From positions 3,293-67,292 of the forward strand of contig CAYXEH010000001.1 in NCBI GenBank assembly GCA_964463915.1: 64,000 nucleotides of DNA. The letters are read 5' to 3'. Position 1 is the first letter of the stretch, and the number at the start of each line of letters is the position of its first letter. Source of the DNA: an uncultured Bacteroidales bacterium. Lineage in GTDB: Bacteria; Bacteroidota; Bacteroidia; Bacteroidales; UBA7960. Below are positions 45,717 through 54,770 of this stretch, piece after piece. The position numbers and the translations under genes are program-made. Under the pieces are notes generated by a model. The model was not told where the DNA came from, did no database searches, and saw only the letters and a program-made list of their open reading frames with translations.

Positions 45717-46319
45717 TTAACAGGATGACGCTCCCGCTGCCTTTAAAAGCTCCTCATGGACCTCCGTAACCTGATCAATCACCAGGGCGGACTCATCATT
45801 TTCTATGACATAATCTGACATAGGTACTTTGTACTTCTCACTCCACTGATGGCTGGCCCGCTGCCGGACGGAATCCTCCTCCACCCCATCCCGCTTACAT
45901 ACACGATTGATCCTTAACTCTTCAGGAGCTGAAACCAGCACAATCTTATCAAAATCGCCGGCAAGACCACTTTCAAACAAAATGGCTGCTTCTTCCATCA
46001 CATAAGGGTGACCGGCCTGTTTCTTTGCCCACTGCCGGAAATCTTTCCTTACCAGGGGATGAATGACCTCATTCAACCGCCTGAGCTTCCCTTTATCGGC
46101 AAACACCACAGAGGCGAGCTTTTTGCGATCAATCTTACCGTTATTATCCAATACAACCTCCCCGAAAAGCGAAATTACCTTATCCTGCACTTCTGGAAGA
46201 ACAAGAAAATGCCGTCCTTTTTCATCGGCATGATAAACAGGGACATCAAGCATGGAAAACAGGCGACTAACAGTCGTTTTACCGCTTCCGATATTTCCGG
46301 TGAGTCCTACAAGCATCAT
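45717..46319 (-). CDS. coaE: Dephospho-CoA kinase
   Basis: VGLTGNIGSGKTTV, 200 aa. Confidence 0.92.
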   Translation of the reverse strand: MMLVGLTGNIGSGKTTVSRLFSMLDVPVYHADEKGRHFLVLPEVQDKVISLFGEVVLDNNGKIDRKKLASVVFADKGKLRRLNEVIHPLVRKDFRQWAKKQAGHPYVMEEAAILFESGLAGDFDKIVLVSAPEELRINRVCKRDGVEEDSVRQRASHQWSEKYKVPMSDYVIENDESALVIDQVTEVHEELLKAAGASSC

Positions 46320-46374
46320 GGTTCAACACATATTTAATCAGACGGTGGGCGTGATGGTTTCTCAGGAAGCGGCC

Positions 46375-47382
46375 TTATTCCAGGATAATATATTCCACTG
46401 AAGAAGGACGGATATGCAGAATTTGTACAAAACGGGGGAAACTCTCGAGCTGAACGTCCAACCGTCCATCACTGTCCTCAACGGCAGCGGGACATTTTAC
46501 AAAAGCCTCGAACATCTGGGCATCAACCGAAGGATAATCGCGCAATGATACAAGAAAACTGACCGTAACGCTGGAGGGGAATAGGCGCAGATCAACCTCA
46601 GCGTATTCATCCGGACATCTCACATTCAGTTCAAGATCAAGCGTTGATTCAGTATACTCTTCCACGGGCACGGTCACTTCCACCTGGCGGACATCTGCCT
46701 GTAACGACGGAATCTCATCCGGGAATTGAAGCGGAAGGGTCCTTGTCGTGGTCTGACGCAAATTGGAACCTTCCCAGTACCTGGTAGATACAAATTCCAG
46801 GGTATCCAGAACGGTACCTGGTCCTGCCAGTGTCACACTGTCAGGATCAATATCAATGCTTCCATATTGATCAAAACGGGAAGCAAAGGATATGTCTGCC
46901 TCAAATTTGACCGGGAGCTTCTTTTTGGCAGCGGGAACCAGCTGAAGAAACAGGGAGTCGGGAAAGACGGATCTCACCTCCGCACCGGGTTCAATCCGGC
47001 CGGAAATCTCGTCGGCAATTTGATCACTGGTCAGGTAATGCAATTCATTGCCATCCCTGGCCAGGGAGGACATCCGATCTGTCTCAAACCGAAGGGTGTC
47101 AATCTGGGGAAAAAACCTTAATTTTATAAGCCTGGCTCCTGTGGCTTGCAAGGTATACTCCACCAGGCTATCACTCTGGCTGGCTGCCAGTTCCCCTTCC
47201 GGGAAATTTTCGAATCTGACAGGTACAATGAAATCGGCCTGATTTTCCTGGGATAATTTGGAAACCACCCAGAAGAGGGTACTGATAATCAGGCATACAA
47301 AAAAAATGTATGCCTTACGCTTGGTAGCCGCCTCCCCTGGTGTAAGGACATCCTTATTTCGCCATAAAAACCGCCAATTCAT
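46375..47382 (-). CDS. YbbR-domain protein (CdaR-like)
   Basis: One N-terminal TM segment (YIFFVCLIISTLFWVV) followed by repeated beta-rich segments. The position between yajC and coaE is typical of Bacteroidota as I recall it. Assignment is by architecture, not a sharp motif. Confidence 0.6.
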   Translation of the reverse strand: MNWRFLWRNKDVLTPGEAATKRKAYIFFVCLIISTLFWVVSKLSQENQADFIVPVRFENFPEGELAASQSDSLVEYTLQATGARLIKLRFFPQIDTLRFETDRMSSLARDGNELHYLTSDQIADEISGRIEPGAEVRSVFPDSLFLQLVPAAKKKLPVKFEADISFASRFDQYGSIDIDPDSVTLAGPGTVLDTLEFVSTRYWEGSNLRQTTTRTLPLQFPDEIPSLQADVRQVEVTVPVEEYTESTLDLELNVRCPDEYAEVDLRLFPSSVTVSFLVSLRDYPSVDAQMFEAFVKCPAAVEDSDGRLDVQLESFPRFVQILHIRPSSVEYIILE

Positions 47383-47709
47383 CTATCGCTTTTCGCCGAG
47401 CTGATCAGATGCACCGTCCATGGCAATGGCAGATTTCTCGACACGCAGTCTGTTGCCCTCTTCCACTTCAATGGTAAATGAACGTTCCTGCTCTTCAACA
47501 ATCTTACCGTGAATACCACCTATAGTAATCACCTTATCTCCCTTTTTCAGGCTTTCACGGTATTGGCGCAATTGCTTCTGCTTCTTCATCTGCGGCCGGA
47601 TAAAAAACAGGTAAAAAACAAGCACAATAAGGATAAGTGGGAGAAAAGCACCAATACCACTTCCCCCATTTTCAGGTTGAGCCATCAATAATACATTCAG
47701 CAAATTCAT
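47383..47709 (-). CDS. yajC: Preprotein translocase subunit YajC
   Basis: IVLVFYLFFIRPQMKKQK...LKKGDKVITIGGIHGKIVE. Confidence 0.92.
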   Translation of the reverse strand: MNLLNVLLMAQPENGGSGIGAFLPLILIVLVFYLFFIRPQMKKQKQLRQYRESLKKGDKVITIGGIHGKIVEEQERSFTIEVEEGNRLRVEKSAIAMDGASDQLGEKR

Positions 47710-47761
47710 CGGTTGGACTATTTAATTAAAAAATGATCTGTTTATGGCAAAGTTAATAAAA

Positions 47762-48715
47762 TCATTCAGATGCATTGCCTCGCAACTTCCCGTACTGACC
47801 GGGAATTTTTCCTTCTCTGTTGAGCTGCTCTACAAGCTTATCCAAAACACCGTTTACAAAAACCTTGCTTTTGGGTGTACTGTACATTTTTGATAGTTCA
47901 ATATATTCATTCAGACTGACCTTAACAGGGATGTCCGGAAACTTCAATACCTCCGTAAGGGCCATCTCCATGATAATCATATCCATCAATGCAATTCTTT
48001 CCACATCCCAATTCCGGGCTTTGGATGAAATGACCTCGTTAAAGGTACTGTGATTGATAATCGCTTTCCGAAAAAGCTCAATGGCAAAAACCCTGTCAGA
48101 CTCTTCCTTGAAGAGATCCATAAGTGCCAGTTTACCATTGTTCATATCGGATTGTTTCAGTGTCTTGATCAGCATTTTACTGACCAGCTCCCAGTCATCG
48201 ATCCAGTAAATACTTTTCTCCTCGTAAAAAGAATGCAACAACTCAAATGGCAATACATCCTTTTTAAAAAGTCTGATCACGAAACGGGTATCTTCTTCAG
48301 GTTCTCCTGAAGAAGATGTCATATATTCGGCATAATAATTCTGTGATTTTACCTTGGCCAGAAGTTTTCTGACCAGATCCTGGTCGTTGTTCCAGGAGAT
48401 CCCCTTTGCATTTGCCCGCTTTTGCAGGGTTTCATCTCCAGCGATCATTTTCAGACAGGCATTATCTACAAAACGGGAATTGGGATTCAGGTCTTCTTTC
48501 GTAGGTAGCCGCTTTAAGCGGTTTTCCTCTATAATGCGTTCCTCCTGGGCTATCAGTTCTCCCAGCAGGGTCAGCTGGTACAAATATAGGTCATAGATCT
48601 TCTCTATTCCAAATAACAGCTCCTTTTCACCAGAAGCAATGTCTTGATTATGCGACTGATGATAAGCATACAGGCTTTGGAGTACTTTTACGCGGAGATG
48701 CCTTCTGTTTAACAT
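47762..48715 (-). CDS. nusB: Transcription antitermination factor NusB (long Bacteroidota form)
   Basis: MLNRRHLRVKVLQSLYAY at the N-terminus; C-terminal NusB core ERIALMDMIIMEMALTE..INEYIELSKMYS..FVNGVLD. An alternative upstream ATG lies at 48748. Confidence 0.88.
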   Translation of the reverse strand: MLNRRHLRVKVLQSLYAYHQSHNQDIASGEKELLFGIEKIYDLYLYQLTLLGELIAQEERIIEENRLKRLPTKEDLNPNSRFVDNACLKMIAGDETLQKRANAKGISWNNDQDLVRKLLAKVKSQNYYAEYMTSSSGEPEEDTRFVIRLFKKDVLPFELLHSFYEEKSIYWIDDWELVSKMLIKTLKQSDMNNGKLALMDLFKEESDRVFAIELFRKAIINHSTFNEVISSKARNWDVERIALMDMIIMEMALTEVLKFPDIPVKVSLNEYIELSKMYSTPKSKVFVNGVLDKLVEQLNREGKIPGQYGKLRGNASE

Positions 48716-48804
48716 GGGTAATTTGTCAATTATTTGGAATCGCGGCATTGATGAAACGAATGTGTCAGAAATGCCTCAAAAAAACATTGCAAAAGTAAGG
48801 GATT

Positions 48805-48836
48805 TTTGAAAGGGAGGCGATTTTTTTCTATATTTG
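48805..48836 (+). promoter_or_regulatory. Bacteroidota-type promoter (TTTG-N20-TAnnTTTG) for the PUR-like gene
   Basis: TTTG at 48805-48808 and tatatttg at 48829-48836 with 20-nt spacing. This predicts a ~90-nt leader containing the palindrome cccttaaggg. Confidence 0.55.
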
Positions 48837-48930
48837 ACTCCATAAATAAGATTCAATGCCCCTTAAGGGCCAACGTTCTTAAAGGTTTGCCAGGATTTTT
48901 TTAGAAAAGAAAGAAAACAGGAGTACTACC

Positions 48931-49371
48931 ATGGATGAATTTGGCACTAATGTTCCCAGGGATGATATTTATTCAAAAGCAGTAAGGGCAGGGAAAAGAA
49001 CCTACTTTTTTGATGTAAAATCCACCCGGTCAAACGAGTTGTACCTCACCATTACGGAGAGTAAAAGAAGGTTTAACCAGCAGACAGGTAAGTTTTTTTA
49101 TGAAAAGCACAAGCTTTTCCTTTACCAGGAAGACTTTGACAAGTTCAGAGAAGCGCTTGGAGAATCATTTAAAGCAATCGATGAACTGCAGGGTGAAATA
49201 ATAAAGCCTGACCAACAGGAAGACTCAACAGCCGGTGCAGGAAACGGTGACTCACCTGAAACCCCTGCCGGTGAAACGAAGCCGGCCGATGACATTTCCT
49301 TCGAAGACCTGGATGACCAGGACAACGAGTCAGGAGAAGAAGGGGAAGAAGGGGACAAGGATAAGCATTAG
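48931..49371 (+). CDS. PUR-alpha-like (DUF3276) nucleic-acid-binding protein with an acidic tail
   Basis: VRAGKRTYFFDVKSTRSNELYLTITESKRR...FYEKHKLFLYQEDFDKF. The tail is DLDDQDNESGEEGEEGDKDKH. Confidence 0.75.
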   Translation: MDEFGTNVPRDDIYSKAVRAGKRTYFFDVKSTRSNELYLTITESKRRFNQQTGKFFYEKHKLFLYQEDFDKFREALGESFKAIDELQGEIIKPDQQEDSTAGAGNGDSPETPAGETKPADDISFEDLDDQDNESGEEGEEGDKDKH

Positions 49372-49375
49372 GCGG

Positions 49376-50149
49376 TTATTGCTTTTTTTTTCCCAACACT
49401 TTGTGTTTGGTTTTCTGACGCGCCCTGCGCTGATGGTTGGCCATCGTATGGCGTAACATTTTTTCGTATACCCGTTCACAGGATACGCCGGTGATACTTG
49501 CATATTCATCACTCATGATCCTGATCATACTTTCAGTTGCCGACAAGCGCGCAAAGTTCCTAAGCCGTTTTTCCATATCCATCTTAACCTGCATCCGCAT
49601 TCTGTTCAGGTCTACCAGGTAAAAGGCATATTGATTTTTACCCTTCTTCTTCACCAGGGTATTCCCCGGAGAATGGTCCAGGAACAACACCCCGTTTTCA
49701 TGCATTCGATGTGTAAAATGTGTAAACTGCCGAAGAATGATCTCGCGGTCCGGATAGTCCGGGTTTTCAATAAGTGTTCTGAATATAAGATCTTCATCTA
49801 TATGTTCACTCACATAATAGCTTTCACCGAACAAAGGTCCGTCTGACTCCATGTAGGCCACCGGAGCAGGAGTCCCGATTCCCAGGGAAAGCAATTGATG
49901 CGCATATTCAAAAGACCGGCGGGCTTTCGATTTACGGAAGTAACGATAGGCCATCCTGTTAAATGCATTGGGCTTTTTAAAGGCCTTAATATTCAGTAAG
50001 AGGCCTCCGCTTTCAATTCGTTTAACCACATTGCGCTCTCCTGGACCTACTTTCGTCCCGGCATGTTCAAAGCCGTTAATGGCCTCCCATACATGTTTTC
50101 TGTAAGATTCAAAATCCGGTGAAAAAACCTCCTTCATGACAAGTGACAA
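49376..50149 (-). CDS. Lipopolysaccharide kinase (Kdo/WaaP/InaA) family protein
   Basis: Kinase-like catalytic loop GVLFLDHSPGNTLVKK and YLVDLNR. Convergent with the PUR-like gene, 4 nt apart. Confidence 0.72.
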   Translation of the reverse strand: MSLVMKEVFSPDFESYRKHVWEAINGFEHAGTKVGPGERNVVKRIESGGLLLNIKAFKKPNAFNRMAYRYFRKSKARRSFEYAHQLLSLGIGTPAPVAYMESDGPLFGESYYVSEHIDEDLIFRTLIENPDYPDREIILRQFTHFTHRMHENGVLFLDHSPGNTLVKKKGKNQYAFYLVDLNRMRMQVKMDMEKRLRNFARLSATESMIRIMSDEYASITGVSCERVYEKMLRHTMANHQRRARQKTKHKVLGKKKQ

Positions 50150-50167
50150 GTTCGCATTGCGAATAAT

Positions 50168-51412
50168 TTACCTTTTTCGGCGATTCTTCCCTGGAGGTCG
50201 TTTCCCATGGGGTCCTTTCCTGGAAAAATGTTTGCCGGATCCGCCACCCCGGCTTACTTTTCCTGGGTTGTATTCCGGCGCCTCACCCATCGACGGCGGA
50301 AGTGAAGGCTTTTCCACCGTACGGCGAAGAAGACGCTCTATGGATGCAAACCTGCGCTGATCGTCGGGAGAAACAAGAGTACAGGCCTTTCCGTGGGCTC
50401 CTGCCCTTGCAGTGCGACCAATGCGATGAACATAATCTTCTGCATCGTGGGGGACGTCATAATTGATCACCATATCAATATCTTCCACATCTATTCCGCG
50501 CGAGATAATATCGGTGGCAACAAGCACACGCGTATTGCGACTCTTGAAACGGTTCATCACCTGTTCCCGCTCTGACTGATCCAGATCAGAATGAATCTCC
50601 TCCACCGAAAGCCCCTTGTTTTTCAGGTTCCTGCTAAGTTGCTTAACCCCGATCTTGGTATCACTGAATATTAAAATACTTTTCATCCGCTGGTCAGAGG
50701 TCAGATGCCTGACCATGGGCATTTTCTGTTCCTCGTGCAATATATAGGCCTCCTGGCGGATCTGATCCGGGGGCGCAGACAAGCCAATATTGATTTCTCT
50801 GGCATTTTTCAGGGTTTTCCGGGCAAGCTCCCTGATTTTGGGAGGCATTGTAGCAGAAAACAACAGTCGCTGGGTACTTCGCGGAACTGAAGAGGCAATC
50901 TTCATGATGTCATCAAAAAAGCCCATATCAAGCATACGGTCAGCTTCATCAAGAATAAAAAAGTCAAGACCGCTGAAATCCACATAGCCGAGATTCAGAT
51001 GACTGATCATCCTGCCGGGCGTACAAACCACCAGGTCAGCTCCGCTGGTAAGGGCACGCTTCTCATTGGAATACACAGCACCGGTACCTCCCCCGTAAAC
51101 AGCCAGAGAGCTCACCGGGGCAAAGTAGCTAAATCCCTCCATCTGCTGAGAGATTTGAATGGCCAGTTCTCGTGTGGGCACCACAACCAGGGCCCTGATC
51201 TTATCATTTTTGGATGACCTGATGATCCGATGAATTACCGGCAGCAGAAAAGCGGCCGTTTTACCGGTACCTGTCTGCGCACACGCAATTACGTCTTTTC
51301 CCTCAAGAATGGTAGGAATTACCTCCTCCTGAACAGGGGTTGCTTCTTCAAAACGCATGGCCTCAATGCCATCCATTACTTGTTGATCCAGTCCGAATTG
51401 TGTAAATTTCAA
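50168..51412 (-). CDS. DEAD-box ATP-dependent RNA helicase (RhlE-like) with a basic C-terminal tail
   Basis: Q-motif region FEEATPVQ, AQTGTGKTAAF, PTRELA, LDEADRMLDMGF, SAT, HRIGRTARAG. Only a TTG (51412) is available as a start, because an in-frame stop lies 18 nt upstream. Confidence 0.92.
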   Translation of the reverse strand: MKFTQFGLDQQVMDGIEAMRFEEATPVQEEVIPTILEGKDVIACAQTGTGKTAAFLLPVIHRIIRSSKNDKIRALVVVPTRELAIQISQQMEGFSYFAPVSSLAVYGGGTGAVYSNEKRALTSGADLVVCTPGRMISHLNLGYVDFSGLDFFILDEADRMLDMGFFDDIMKIASSVPRSTQRLLFSATMPPKIRELARKTLKNAREINIGLSAPPDQIRQEAYILHEEQKMPMVRHLTSDQRMKSILIFSDTKIGVKQLSRNLKNKGLSVEEIHSDLDQSEREQVMNRFKSRNTRVLVATDIISRGIDVEDIDMVINYDVPHDAEDYVHRIGRTARAGAHGKACTLVSPDDQRRFASIERLLRRTVEKPSLPPSMGEAPEYNPGKVSRGGGSGKHFSRKGPHGKRPPGKNRRKR

Positions 51413-51546
51413 AATAAGTGTATTTATTGGTTAGTCGGGTGCTTCGCACCTCCAGGTTTGTCGTGGCTTCGCCACTCCAGTTAGTCGGCGCTGCCCGTTT
51501 ACCAGACTACTGGCAACTCCCCATCACTCAGCCCATGAGAACCCCC
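51413..51546. repeat. Short copy of the 20969-21421 intergenic element (hairpin units plus G-poor module)
   Basis: gtcgtggcttcgccactcc (51460-51478) is identical to 21170-21188. The hairpin ggtgc-ttc-gcacc is present. The module ctgcccgtttacca...cccatcac...gcccatgagaacc (51491-51543) matches 21358-21411 at roughly four of five positions. It overlaps the last ~7 codons of pyrF. Confidence 0.85.
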
Positions 51547-52414
51547 TTAACAGTCCTTCCATTTCTTGCTGCAGCTTTGCAGCTACCTCCCCGGCTTTTT
51601 TATCAAAATCCTCACCGGATGAGGCATACAGTATTCCCCTGGAACTGTTCACCAAAATACCCACGTCATTATTCATAGCAACAGATGCGATTGCTGACAA
51701 ATCGCCACCTTGCGCACCCACTCCGGGAATCAGGAAAAAATGATCCGGAACCAGTTGCCTGATTGATCCAAGCATACCCGCACGCGTGGCCCCCACCACA
51801 AACATCGTGTTATCCGGCGACCCCCAGTCCATACATCTGGTCATCACAACCTCATAGAGCTGTTGTTCCACAGTGGAGAGAGCTGCAGAAACAGTCCCAT
51901 CCGCAGAAGCAGCCTGATTCGCTCCAACAGACAATACCTGGAAGTCAGCCGCTCCCGGATTGGAGGTAAGGGCCAGGATTGCTGCCCATTTCCCCGAATA
52001 GGAAAGAAAGGGTTTGACAGAATCATGCCCCATGTATGGGCTTACTGTCACCGCGTCAAAAGGCATGGACTCAAAAAAGGTACGGGCATAAGCGGCCGAA
52101 GAATTGCCGATATCAGCTCTCTTGGCATCGGCAATGGTAAAAACGGGTCCGGCCTTATGCGCCGCAATATATGCCATTGTTTTTTCCAGGCTTTCCCAGC
52201 CTTTGCTTCCGTGCATTTCGTAAAAGGCCACATTGGGTTTAAAAGCAACGGCCTGATCAATGGTCGCGTCAATAATCCTTCGGTTAAAATCAAACAAAGG
52301 ATCATCCGAATTATTGCGTACACACTCCGGAATACGGTTCATATCGGGATCCAACCCTATACATAAAAACGATTTTTTCCGGCGTATCAGTGCCGTCAGT
52401 GCAGACCTGGTCAT
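51524..52414 (-). CDS. pyrF: Orotidine 5'-phosphate decarboxylase (type 2)
   Basis: FLCIGLDPD, FTIADAKRADIGNS, LIPGVGAQGG. Confidence 0.9.
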   Translation of the reverse strand: MTRSALTALIRRKKSFLCIGLDPDMNRIPECVRNNSDDPLFDFNRRIIDATIDQAVAFKPNVAFYEMHGSKGWESLEKTMAYIAAHKAGPVFTIADAKRADIGNSSAAYARTFFESMPFDAVTVSPYMGHDSVKPFLSYSGKWAAILALTSNPGAADFQVLSVGANQAASADGTVSAALSTVEQQLYEVVMTRCMDWGSPDNTMFVVGATRAGMLGSIRQLVPDHFFLIPGVGAQGGDLSAIASVAMNNDVGILVNSSRGILYASSGEDFDKKAGEVAAKLQQEMEGLLRGFSWAE

Positions 52415-52416
52415 TA

Positions 52417-53502
52417 TTATTCGGTTTCGGAGGACACGCCCTCTTTCAATTTTTCTGCATTTTCAGCCACCTGCAAGGCATCAATGATCTCGTGAATGTC
52501 ACCGTCCATTACGGCGGACAGATTATATAAAGTTAACCCGATACGGTGTTCAGTCACCCTGCCCTGGGGAAAATTGTAGGTACGGATTTTTGCGGAACGA
52601 TCGCCGGTAGAAACCATGGTTTTTCTTTTAGATGCGATTTCATCCAGGTATTTTTTGTATTCCATGTCAAAAATCCGGCTACGCAACACTTTCATGGCTT
52701 TATCCATGTTCTTGATCTGGGATTTCTGATCCTGGCAGCTAACAACAATCCCGGTAGGAATGTGAGTAAGCCGGACAGCAGAATAGGTGGTATTTACCGA
52801 CTGTCCTCCCGGGCCGGAAGAACAAAAGGTTTCCTTCTTAATGTCATTCATCTTCAGTTCAATATCAAACTCATCGGCTTCCGGCAATACGGCCACAGTT
52901 GCCGCAGAGGTGTGCACCCTGCCCTGGGTTTCGGTCTGCGGAACCCGTTGCACCCTGTGCACACCGGACTCATATTTCAATACACCGTATGCCCCTTCGC
53001 CTATTACATTAAAGATTACCTCTTTAAATCCTCCTGACGTTCCTTCGTTCATCTCGACCAACTCGGTTTTCCATTTGCGGCTTTCGCAGAACTTTGTGTA
53101 CATGCGATAAAGGTCACCGGCAAAAATGGCTGCTTCATCACCCCCTGTACCGGCACGGATTTCAACAATGGCATTTTTATCATCCTGCGGATCCTTGGGA
53201 ACCAGCAATACACGGATTTCCTCTTCAAGGTTTTCTTTACGTTCTTCCAATGTTTCCAGTTCATTTCTGGCCATTTCCTTGAACTCAGGGTCTTTTTCAT
53301 TGGTCAGCAATTCCTGGGCTGATGCGATGTTGTCAAGAATGTTTTTATATTCCTCATATGCCTCCACAATGGGCTCTAAGTCCTTGTACTCCTTATTGAG
53401 CCTAATATAACGCTTCATGTCGGCAATGATCTCCGGGTCTGTGATCAATTGCGCAACTTCGTTGTGCCGCTCCTTGATTGCTTCCAGTTTCTCCAATAAC
53501 AT
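52417..53502 (-). CDS. prfA: Peptide chain release factor 1
   Basis: GGQSVNTT (GGQ), RF1-type tripeptide region [14 protein letters not shown], 361 aa with no frameshift signal. Confidence 0.95.
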   Translation of the reverse strand: MLLEKLEAIKERHNEVAQLITDPEIIADMKRYIRLNKEYKDLEPIVEAYEEYKNILDNIASAQELLTNEKDPEFKEMARNELETLEERKENLEEEIRVLLVPKDPQDDKNAIVEIRAGTGGDEAAIFAGDLYRMYTKFCESRKWKTELVEMNEGTSGGFKEVIFNVIGEGAYGVLKYESGVHRVQRVPQTETQGRVHTSAATVAVLPEADEFDIELKMNDIKKETFCSSGPGGQSVNTTYSAVRLTHIPTGIVVSCQDQKSQIKNMDKAMKVLRSRIFDMEYKKYLDEIASKRKTMVSTGDRSAKIRTYNFPQGRVTEHRIGLTLYNLSAVMDGDIHEIIDALQVAENAEKLKEGVSSETE

Positions 53503-53558
53503 ACAGGGTACTATTTATTTAAGCCAGCAAAGGTACAAAAATTCAAATCCAATTAAAA

Positions 53559-54722
53559 TCAGGTATATACATATTCTCCTTCCGCATCCCTGATCGTAAG
53601 TTGTTTTTTCTCAGAATCCAGTACCTCACCGACGATTTTTGCCTTTAGTTGAAAAGCATCACAAATCGCAATAATATCACTGGCAACTTCCTTTCTGACG
53701 TAGAACTCAAGGCGATGGCCCATATTGAACACCTGGTACATCTCTTTAGGCGGGGTACCGGAGGCTTCCCTGATATAACGGAACAATGGAGGAGGCTTAA
53801 ACAGGTTGTCTTTTATTACATGCTGGTTGTCAAGGAAATGAAGGACCTTCGTCTGACCTCCTCCGCTGCAATGAATCATTCCATGTATGTGATGCTTCAC
53901 CTGCTCAAATACCTGTTTTACCACCGGGGCATAAGTCCGTGTCGGGCTTAATACCAGCCGGCCAATATCAAGCGGAACCCCTTTCATCGGATCCGTCAAC
54001 CGGGCTTTCCCCGTGTATACCACATCGTTATCCAGGCTATTATCAAAGCTTTCCGGAAACTGTTCTGCATACACATGGTGGAATACATCGTGACGTGCGG
54101 AAGTCAATCCGTTACTTCCCATCCCACCGTTATAATCGTCTTCATAGGATGTCTGGCCGTCAGATGCCAGTCCGACAACCACATCTCCCGGTGCGATCTT
54201 CTCATTGGAAATGATCTCATTCCTGGGAACCCTCGCGGTAACCGTGGAGTCAACAATCACCGTTTGCACAAGATCTCCCACATCAGCCGTTTCTCCACCG
54301 GTAAGTACCATGCCCACACCGAGTTCATTCATCCTGTCCAAAAAAGACGCGGTACCTTGTATGATGGCTGAAATAACCTCTCCGGGTATTCGCTTTTTGT
54401 TTCTTCCAATTGTAGATGAAACCAACATATTACCCGTAATCCCGGCACATAACATATCATCCAGGTTCATGACCACCGCATCCTGCGCAATGCCTTTCCA
54501 AACTGACAGGTCACCGGTTTCTTTCCAATACATATACGCCAGGGAAGATTTGGTTCCCGCTCCGTCGGCATGCATCACATTGCACCAGGCAGGATCCCCT
54601 CCCAGGTAATCAGGAACCACCTTACAGAAGGCATTTGGGAAAAGTCCCTTGTCAAGATTCTGGATGGCTTTGTGCACATCTTCCTTGGACGAAGACACAC
54701 CTCGTTTGTTATACTTCATCAA
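53559..54722 (-). CDS. purM: Phosphoribosylformylglycinamidine cyclo-ligase (AIR synthase, long form)
   Basis: MHADGAGTKS, VVMNLDDMLCAG, LTGGETADV. PurM N/C domain layout, 387 aa. Confidence 0.85.
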   Translation of the reverse strand: MMKYNKRGVSSSKEDVHKAIQNLDKGLFPNAFCKVVPDYLGGDPAWCNVMHADGAGTKSSLAYMYWKETGDLSVWKGIAQDAVVMNLDDMLCAGITGNMLVSSTIGRNKKRIPGEVISAIIQGTASFLDRMNELGVGMVLTGGETADVGDLVQTVIVDSTVTARVPRNEIISNEKIAPGDVVVGLASDGQTSYEDDYNGGMGSNGLTSARHDVFHHVYAEQFPESFDNSLDNDVVYTGKARLTDPMKGVPLDIGRLVLSPTRTYAPVVKQVFEQVKHHIHGMIHCSGGGQTKVLHFLDNQHVIKDNLFKPPPLFRYIREASGTPPKEMYQVFNMGHRLEFYVRKEVASDIIAICDAFQLKAKIVGEVLDSEKKQLTIRDAEGEYVYT

Positions 54723-54770
54723 AAAAACCTATTTATTAATTACCAATAGACTGCCAGACTGCAGCAAATG

